From assembly GCA_964057225.1 (NCBI GenBank), contig OZ059896.1, forward strand, positions 17,484,001 through 17,548,000: 64,000 bases of DNA, written 5' to 3'. Made by a program: the position numbers and the translations under genes. Positions within the stretch are counted from its first letter, which is position 1; every line of letters starts with the position of its first letter. Origin of the DNA: Auanema rhodensis. Its lineage: Eukaryota > Animalia > Nematoda. The notes under the pieces were generated by a model. The model had not been told where the DNA came from and did no database searches. It saw nothing but the letters and a program-made list of their open reading frames with translations. Positions 51,944-64,000 of the stretch are shown here, piece by piece.

Positions 51944-53577
51944 GTTTGAGCGAGGACAAGGGAGACAGTCAGCCACTTATTCTTACCATAAACAGTAATA
52001 TTATATTCGAGAAATTAGTTGCAAGCAGAAACAGGTTGGAAGTTATTGCTTACGTAATAATTAAGTAATGAGGATATGAACTTATAAGAGCATTATACGT
52101 GAAAAAGTATATAATGACATAATACTTATACGTTGCCATCTTATCTACAGACTCTCAAGTTGCAGATGTTGCCAAAATCGGAATGCCATCGAATTACTAG
52201 CCAGCTGCCACATTAAGATCAAAGAATGGAAGCAGAAGTGATATATGTCTGCACTTAGTTTGTATATATTATATATTTTTTTGTTTTTTGAAACAAAGAG
52301 CATGTGTGGCAATAATTATCAAAAGTGAAAAGAAATGAAAAAAAAATTCAGAAACGTTGAGGACGAATTCCTTGACTGGGCGTTTTCGCGCATCATACTA
52401 TATATTGGTTAAACGAATTCCAACACTCAAGAACAAAAGCCTGATCTAGCTTGCTGACCTTCGCATTGCAGTTGGTATTCTATCATTTACGGCTGGGTCT
52501 TTTCTTGATTTCTCATTCTCATTTATAATCTTTTTCATACATTTTGAGGTAAAAAGTAACACTAGAGAGAAGTGGGAAGAAAAAATATATAACGAGAACA
52601 AATCAGTTAACCTTCATCTTTTCGTTTTTCTTTTTCAAAAAACAAATGATAATATGAACGTCGGTGATTAATTTCAAAGTGAAATCATTTCCCAGCTGAG
52701 TACAGTTCCTTAATGAAAACTTGAACAAGCAAGCACAAATAACAGTACTGGGTGTGGAATGAGTGAAGGAAAATAATGAAATCGTATTTTTAGTTGTGAG
52801 ATAGTATGAATCCTTCTTCAAAGTATGTGATCCATCTAATTCTAGATCAAAACTGTCAATAAGATATTCCTTCTTTTGAAAATCGAATTGCTTCGCATCT
52901 GCCTAACCTGACCTTGTTATGTATTAAAATGAAAAATAAACAAAGTTTTTGGTATATATAATAATGATTTTCATAGAATTACGCTTTTAAATTGGATACA
53001 TAAGATTATTTTAAGAATTAGATCACATCAGCATTTGATGATATGTACCTATTGCAACTCTAGTTTTCTAATGTTATGACACAATTACAAAGCAAGACCT
53101 TGGAAGAAGACAAAAGGTTTTGAATAATTCTCATGTGGTTGAGCATATTATGTAAATTTGAAGTCGTGAAACCTTAGATAACCATAACAGACGAATGGGA
53201 ACCTAATTGGTTGTTTATGTATGTCATGAAGGATGAACAAATTGATAGTTAATCTTACACAAGGGCATTGTTTAGAAACATAAAGCATAAGCATAATCAT
53301 GAAGAGACATTTAGCAGAAGAAGCGAATATAAATTTAAAATTTGTATAGTTCAATATCAGAAAGGAAGAATTTATTCGTACAAAATATACAAGCTCAGAA
53401 AATGGCTTCGATACTAACAGGCCATTCTTAAATTAAATAAATATTTTGTTTAAAACTCTGTACAAGTTAGTAAGAAATAAAGAGATTCCAATACTTAGCA
53501 TACCTACAACTACTGTGATCTTTGGAATCTATGTTTAGTATCACAGAAGAAAAATATATCGAAAAATGGACATCTTG

Positions 53578-54523
53578 TTACACGGCTTTGTAGACAACGA
53601 AAAGTAAGGAAAACATCATAACAACAGCTACAATTAGAAGGAGTAATCGATTTTGAATAACCCTAAAATCGTTTTTAGTCAGAGATTGATTATTAACAAT
53701 TTCCAATTATACCTTCGAATCATCGTGTTCAGTAATCGAGTACTTTGATTCAATTCAGCATCAGCATCTCTCATTCGTTCACGAGCCCGACTAATCGTAT
53801 CCCTTTGAGCAGATAAATTGCTTAACACTTCGGTTCCAATCTGAGAAAATTGAAAACATTTTCTATTCGAAAGATGTATACCTCCTCTGTTTCTATTGCC
53901 ATTCGGTAGGCATCTTGTAATTTTCTAGATGATCTCTCCAATCGCTGTGTATTGGCAATGAGTTGGTCTTCCTAGCATAACAGAGACAAATATAAATTAT
54001 GAATTTACAGAAGTAAATTTACTTGCTGATCCATTTGAACAGCTTCATCAAAAGCTAAAAGTTCATCTCTGTCTGCAGCTTCTCTTAGTCGTTTAACTGC
54101 CTTCTCAAGTTCAGAATCTAATTGTCGTTTATCCGATCGATAACTTCGCACTCTATTCTCGTATTTCGCTCGATCACTACTGTAAAAAACCGAAATGATA
54201 AGAATATTTTCAAAAAATTGATACCTTCCAGATGGTAAATCTCGTACAGCTAACTCCATCTGTTCCAAAAGTTCCTCAACATCGGCTAATAATCGTTGAA
54301 TGGTCTGAAAAACAAAATGCAACAAGTGACTAAGAAAAAAATTACTTGAACTGCAGAAGCTCTTTCAGATACAGCGATTGCTGGCAGGCGGCCGATTTTT
54401 GCTGTTACCTTAAATTTATAACTTAAAATTAAATTGAAAATAACTTTAAGAGTAAACCTCTGCTGTTTGAACAGAATATTGCTGCTCAAATTCAGTCAAC
54501 GTTGCGGTGGGAATTAGACTCAT
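53578..54523 (-). CDS. vti-1: VTI1 family Qb-SNARE
   Basis: MSLIPTATLTEFEQQYSVQTAE|VTAKIGRLP...LLADVEELLEQMELAVRDLP...RAKYENRVRSYRSD. SNARE motif LERSSRKLQDAYRMAIETE|...VLSNLSAQRDTISRARERMRDADAELNQSTRLLNTMIR. C-terminal TM segment; TAA at 53578. Confidence 0.93.
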
Positions 54524-54683
54524 TGCTCAAAAATAGCGAATACTTAAAATTTAAAAAGTCAAATACAAAAGTATAAATGGAACGAAACCATTTCAGACAA
54601 AAAAGTACAAATTAAATAATTTTTCATAAGATAACAAGCAAAACAACTATAACATTCTACTATACAAAATGAAAATGAAAAGC

Positions 54684-55800
54684 TTAAGCCCTATAATGTG
54701 CGTAAGCTCTGTTAGCTTCGCAAGTCTTGTGCAATTCTTGCTTAGCTTGAATGGTTAAACCTTCATTTTGATAGGCAGCCAACAACTCATGAGCTAATAC
54801 ATTCCTTAAAAATTGTAAATGAAATATTGAAAAAAAAGTGGAAAGAAACCTCAAATGCGTTTCACCGTGATGAGCTCTTTGTCGACATATATCTCTCATC
54901 ATTTTCATAGCTCTAAATTCGGCTTCTTCTTCTTCAATAGGAAAGGGAACTTGGTAAGTTGTTCCTCCTAAATAATTTTTATTTTAATATTATTAAAGAG
55001 TAGCGTGCTTTACCTCGTGTTACTCCTTGAAGCTTCATTAAAGGATGACAATTTCTAATAGCCTTTCGAACAATGAGAAAAGGATCAAGTTCAATATTTT
55101 TCTGGCAATGTAGTAAATATAAAAAAAATTAAAAAATTAAAAAGCAAAAACCTTGTATTCATCTGACAATGTAACAAATATTAAAAAAATTTAAAAAGCA
55201 AAAAGCAAAAACCTTGTTTTCATCTGAAGCTTGAATCCATGCTTTGTATTGTACTCGTTTAACTATTTCCAAAGCCTCATGGACATGCTTCCTTACTGTT
55301 TCTTTCTGACCATCTTTCATAATAACTCTAACTAATTTATCGATCTGGAAAAAATTAAATTAATACATCACCTTCACGAAACTTTCACGTTTAAACAACT
55401 GCATTATAATTGCAGCATTCAACAGAACCGGTGCATTCTAATATTATCATAAACCAAACACATTAAAGCATCATTAAAACTCATTATTTCGATAAATAAC
55501 AGCTCATGTAGTAAATAAAATATAGTCTAACTTACCACGTGATCCCTGTAAAACGTAGGTGAGGAGTCAGTCTTCATAGCTTTTATAAACAAGAAATTGC
55601 GTTCATCATCAGGGTCTAGTGGTTCATTCAGCTAAATAACAATTTTTAGCATATGGAACTAAAAAATAATAAACTTTTTTAACATCTGAAACAGGTTCTC
55701 GAAATACACGAGGATCATACATGCTTAAACAGGCTCCACTATTCGAAATACTACGTGCAGCATTTTGTACATATATTCTAAAGTTGCCTAACAAAGCCAT
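54684..55800 (-). CDS. mrps-7: Mitochondrial ribosomal protein S7 (uS7m)
   Basis: Presequence-like MALLGNFRIYVQNAARS. uS7 motifs: KLVRVIMKDGQKE, DPFLIVRKAIRNCHPLMKLQGVTRG|GTTYQVPFPI, LAHELLAAYQNEGLTIQAKQELHKTCEANRAYAHYR. Confidence 0.95.
55102..55223. repeat. Tandem duplication, 2 x 61 nt, spanning an exon end plus a whole intron of mrps-7
   Basis: Units 55102-55162 and 55163-55223 align without gaps, with about 8 mismatches. Confidence 0.9.
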
Positions 55801-56064
55801 TTTTAATAAGATCTGAAAGAAATTAAGTATTAGTAAATTCAAAAACTTAAAACTAATTATTTTAAAAGATCGGTAAATAAAGTCATAGTGACGTTTGATT
55901 GAAAATAGATGCTTGTCTTTAGGCTGAGCCAGCGTTTTAAAAACTTTTGAATATAATATTTAAAACTGATACTTTTTCATACAGTTGTTCTTGTATTATA
56001 GAGAAATTCTTTTAATATGTCTACTGAATAATTAAATTTTTAAGTTATATATTCAGGGGTAATA
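55801..56064. promoter_or_regulatory. Probable bidirectional promoter between mrps-7 and kti-12
   Basis: Head-to-head ATGs 264 nt apart, each preceded closely by a TTCAG acceptor. Confidence 0.55.
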
Positions 56065-57370
56065 ATGCCTTTTCTTATGGTTACGGGTTTCCCTTCTTCG
56101 GGAAAAACTACTATTGTTAAAAGGCTAGTTGAATATCTTGAAAAAAGAGAAAAATCCGTTGTTGTAATAAAGGACAGCGATTATTCAACATTTAATCGAG
56201 ATCTTTTTAGCGAATCACAAAAGGTGCTTTTTGAATTTCTAATTATGTTTTAGTCAGTTTATTATAGGAAAAAGATCACAGATCTTTCATCAGATCAATG
56301 GTACAAAAAAATATAGATAAAACTACTACTGTAATATGTGATTCATTGAATTATATAAAAGGTATTTTTTAGACAAAAAAACGGTACTTTTTAATTATTT
56401 TAAAGGATATCGCTATGAGCTGTTTTTGGTCGGAAAGCTATCCAAAACAACATATGGTGTTTTATATATTAATGCTGCAGAAAAGACTTGTTCTTGGTTA
56501 AATAAAGAGTCGGAAGAGTCTGAAAGGTTTCTTCTGCTATTTTTAATCCCATTATGATTTTTTTTATATTTTTGCAGTTTAAGTGTGTTTTAGTGTACTT
56601 GACTTCTTTATGAAAGTTTTCATATACTTATATAATTTGTGTATTAAGGTTTAAAACTATTATAGGTATTCGGATACCATATTAGCAGAGTTATGTATGA
56701 GATATGAAAAGCCAGATAGTCGGAATAGGTGGGACAATCCTCTATTTGAAATCAAAGTTGGAACAGCAGAACGGTTAATACAGTAATTATTTTCAATATT
56801 GATAATGAGTTATAGGGAATTGCATGAAGAAATTCCTGATGATATGACATATGATCTGGAGTATCCTTCTCCACGATACGTTACTCTACCATTCGAAGAT
56901 ATTTACAATTGGCTTTACGAGGTATCTGTAGACGAGCTTGTGCTTTTCAAATTAGACTTGTTAAGGGAGTTGCTCTAACAGAAAATAAAAGTACAGCAGT
57001 AGCACCTCTTGCTCCAACAAATTATTTACATGATTTAGACCGAACTACTCAAGAGGTTAAATCTTATTTCTTTTTTTTATGTAAATCAGTTTTTTCAGGT
57101 TGTTGCTATGATCATGTCGGGACAAACTCAGGCTATTGTCGGTCAACCAATATTCATTGATTGTGCTGATGAGAGTTGCAATCAGGTAGTCCTTTTAAAC
57201 ATGAAAATACATTACATTTATTATAGATTATTCATAAAAAAATACGCTCAGCTCCTGAATTAGCTCGTCTTAGAAGACAATTCATCTCTTTCTCTAAAAT
57301 GAATCCTATTGGTAATACAGCTAAAATAGCTGCTTTATTTGTTAATTTTTTAAATACTACTAATATTTAA
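56065..57370 (+). CDS. kti-12: KTI12 homolog (Elongator-associated P-loop protein, tRNA wobble-uridine modification)
   Basis: MPFLMVTGFPSSGKTT (P-loop), VICDSLNYIKG|YRYELF, LCMRYEKPDSRNRWDNPLF, TNYLHDLDRTTQE, ELARLRRQFI...FVNFLN. TAA at 57370. Confidence 0.95.
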
Positions 57371-57599
57371 AACCCTATATGATTGTTATTGCTCGTTCAA
57401 TATTTTAAAATCGTTATAAAGTTTTTATCAACTCGTTGCCAATGAAACATGATTACTCATTATTTAGCGCCTATTTCTGGCATACCATTGTTTTCTCAAA
57501 TATTATTTAAGAAAAAAAAATGAAATTAGGTTAGAGTTTAATTTACAATACTTCTATCTAAAACGTTATTATAGATAAAATTTTGATTAATAATCTTTC

Positions 57600-58776
57600 T
57601 CATTCAGTTTTCTCTAGTTCTTGTGCACGTTCGGTAGTAGCTTTAACAGCCTCTATAACAGATGATCGAAATCCTATAATGTTCTATCTAGGTAAAATAT
57701 TAAGTTTAGATCAAAACCATTTTTTTCAAGTTGTCTAACTCCAGCTATAGTGGTCCCCGCAGGAGAACAAACTTGGTCTTTTAATTGTCCAGGATGGCCT
57801 ATCTCTTGAAGAACCATTTTCGCTGCTCCCTAGATATAATATTGATGATTTTTTACAGTTTATTGTCTTTTAGATACCATTACAGCTTCAGCTGCTAATT
57901 TTAATGACTCATTTCTAGAAAGACCTGATAAGACGCCTCCATCAGCGAGTGATTCAATATAGATATAGGTCTGAAAAAGTAAAAAGTAATTTCAAATTAT
58001 TGTATATTACCCATGCTGGGGAAGACGCAGAAATCGCACCAGCAGAGTTAAATTGGCTTTCTGAGACTTCATACCATTTGCTGAAAGTACACACAAATCC
58101 TTTAACAATAGAAACCTAAAAAAAGTTAAAACGTCAAAAATCCATAAGACATACATACTATATCAGGATCAACGCGTCCTTGCTTACACATCAGAGTAAT
58201 ACCCTCTCCTATACTGCAAGGTGAATTAGGAAAAATTCTAATGAAAGTAGAATTAACACTCTGAGACAATTGCGAAATCTATATGAATCTTACGTACATA
58301 TCTTTCAACTATAAGAAATACAACTTCCTTCTTGATCATTTCTATAGTAACACCAGCCATTACCGAGACTATAGCAGAATAGCCAGAAAAGTCCACACCA
58401 GAATTCCATAAGGAATGCCTCATTTGTGGCTTGACAGCGATTAAAGCAATACCCTTAGTGTGCATTTGATTCTGTTCCAAAGCGGAACCATAACTATTTA
58501 CAAAGCCTTCGTTCTATGATATTTTGACACTATATTCTTAATTAAAAAAAATTACAAACCCGCCATACTTGAGCAGATTTTTCTGTTCTGGTGGAAATAG
58601 ATATTTGATCTTTTTTCAAAAATCCTAGAAAAAAAATATATTTGACAAATTGTCGCTAACGCACCTGCAGTCAGTGCCCCATTTACCATGCATTTTGCCA
58701 TAGCTCCACCACCAAAGATAGCAAGATGTGGAACCGTAAACTGTTCTGCTAATTGAGAGAAAGTGGGTACATTCAT
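57600..58776 (-). CDS. PYCR: Pyrroline-5-carboxylate reductase
   Basis: AIFGGGAMA (Rossmann), [99 protein letters not shown] at 57600. Confidence 0.95.
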
Positions 58777-58910
58777 CTGAATTTCACAATGTACATATTA
58801 TTATATCAAACGCTTCTAGATATTCGTAACATTGAAATGGTTGGAAACAGTACAGTATTAATATTAAAAAAAAATGTATTAAATACAGAACAAAGAATAA
58901 AACGTGTAAG

Positions 58911-59949
58911 TTAGACTCTTTGAGATTTCTCAAAACCTAAAAGTTTTTCAGCCACTCCTATATAGTAAACTGTTTGAGCAATTCCAAATAGAGGTGCCAT
59001 AACCATCATTCGACACGCTGCCCCTTTGAACAATGAATTGGGTCCCTCTTTACTCAAAATGGACAAAAATGCTTCAGAAATACTGGAAAACAAGCTTCAT
59101 AATCAAAAAAGGAAAATAAATACCTTTTATATGGCGTACTTCCTTCACCAACATATTGACATCTTGTCTTGACAACATCTAACGGAGTTACCAAAAAGGA
59201 AGCAATCGCACCAGCTGACAAACCTGATAAAAAGCTGGCCCAAAACACAGCATCACCTGAAATAGACACTGACATTGATTCAATACAGGTACTAAGCATT
59301 TTACCAGAATTATCGCTTTTCCTAGGACCTAGCGAATCTAGGAACGCAAACAGAGGGAAGTACATAGCAGAAAAGGATACATCCCTGGCTAATGTAGGTC
59401 CTAACCCAGTATAAAGCCCTTTTAACCCCTTTTGACGCAAAAATGAGCTCACTAATGAAACCAAACTTTGCCGTTTCAAAGATTGTTGCATTTGAATCTT
59501 CAAAAGTTCCATCGGTGTCGTTATTATAACTTGGCAAGTTCCAGCACTTGCCCCAGCTACGACTCCTCTAAACCTCATGAAGATATGTGAAAGATTTGTA
59601 TTTTATCACACCTAATCAAAGATAATTTTTCGTCTTCTTTCTTTAAAACGTTCCGGAAAAAGTCGTTGGCAACTAGTTTAATGGCCTTTTCAGGGGTAAT
59701 AAGAAGGATATTGACAGAAGCACCTTGATAAAATGCTCTGATTTGATGGGCTCTGGAACCTCCAGCATTTGCTAAAGTCTTCAAAAAACAGTCTTTGATT
59801 CCGCTGTAAGCAGCAGAGCCAGTTTGATTTTGAAGACGCGTCTTGATCAGATCAAGTGGAAAAACACAGGTCACCCCGACAATGCCGGCAATTCCACCGT
59901 TCATAATTTTTGGTACATACTGAACTTTTGCTTTTTTATGAGTGTACAT
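58911..59949 (-). CDS. slc-25A18: Mitochondrial glutamate carrier (SLC25A18/SLC25A22, GC1/GC2 type)
   Basis: PKIMNGGIAGIVGVTCVFPLDLIKTRLQNQ, VNILLITPEKAIKLVANDFFR, AGTCQVIITTPMELLKIQMQ, TLARDVSFSAMYFPLFA, VTPLDVVKTRCQ, FKGAACRMMVMAPLFGIAQTVY. Three PX[D/E]XXK carrier signatures with glutamate-carrier-type context. Confidence 0.93.
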
Positions 59950-60278
59950 TGCTTTTAAGGTGTTCGAGCTGAAATAAAAATTTAATTTTAATTTAACACA
60001 TTTCTGCTAATCTAGGAACTAATGAATAAGTCTAATGATAGTATTAAACAATTCAAGGACTATGTGTTATCCATAGAGCGCGCTATACAAGTTACTCACA
60101 GTAAAAACATATGTAGCATATTCTTTTTGAAATTAAAACAGCAACTAATTTCCTTTAAAATTGTTTACGAAATAAAGTTTTAATGTTGAAAAAGTTGTAC
60201 TATAATCTTGTACTTTTTTCAGAAAATAGTAAGCAAACTCCTTGAAGTAAAGGGGAGTGTTGCATCCCTCAACGCAAC
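59950..60278. promoter_or_regulatory. Probable bidirectional promoter between the glutamate carrier and gex-2
   Basis: Divergent ATGs 329 nt apart, with a central GAGCGCGCT...CACAGTA patch at about 60075-60103 and TTTCAG acceptors on both sides. Confidence 0.5.

Positions 60279-64000
<3,722 letters not shown>

Noticed and set aside
55345-55535. Longer mrps-7 intron as a snoRNA host
   Set aside because: No properly placed C/D (RUGAUGA...CUGA) or H/ACA boxes.

Overview
AT-rich eukaryotic DNA, almost certainly from a nematode: many 40-60 nt GT-AG introns, TTTCAG/TTTTAG acceptors, acceptors sitting just before start codons (trans-splicing-like) and operon-like gene spacing. The supplied ORF track shows only exon fragments, so I spliced the genes by eye. 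I can support 13 protein-coding genes. On the + strand: a secreted PAN/Apple-domain protein, a GNAT acetyltransferase, a FMRFamide-receptor-like GPCR and an EGF/PPxY membrane protein. On the - strand: orc-5, a PDZRN3/4-family protein with no visible PDZ domain, and a RING/B-box/coiled-coil protein ending in a divergent 14-3-3-like domain. A dense housekeeping cluster at 53.6-64 kb holds vti-1, mrps-7, kti-12, a P5C reductase, a mitochondrial glutamate carrier and gex-2/CYFIP (truncated by the window end). Long microsatellite-rich non-coding tracts lie at about 8-19.5, 22-27, 33.5-39 and 43-53.5 kb. The best candidates for something new are the TRIM-like E3 ligase with a degenerate 14-3-3 fold, a putative glutamate carrier/P5C reductase operon, a 61-nt tandem duplication in mrps-7 that creates twin introns around an 11-nt frameshifting microexon, and two candidate structured RNAs. 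No tRNA, rRNA, CRISPR array or intact transposon was recognised. Homology calls come from remembered motifs, not database searches.
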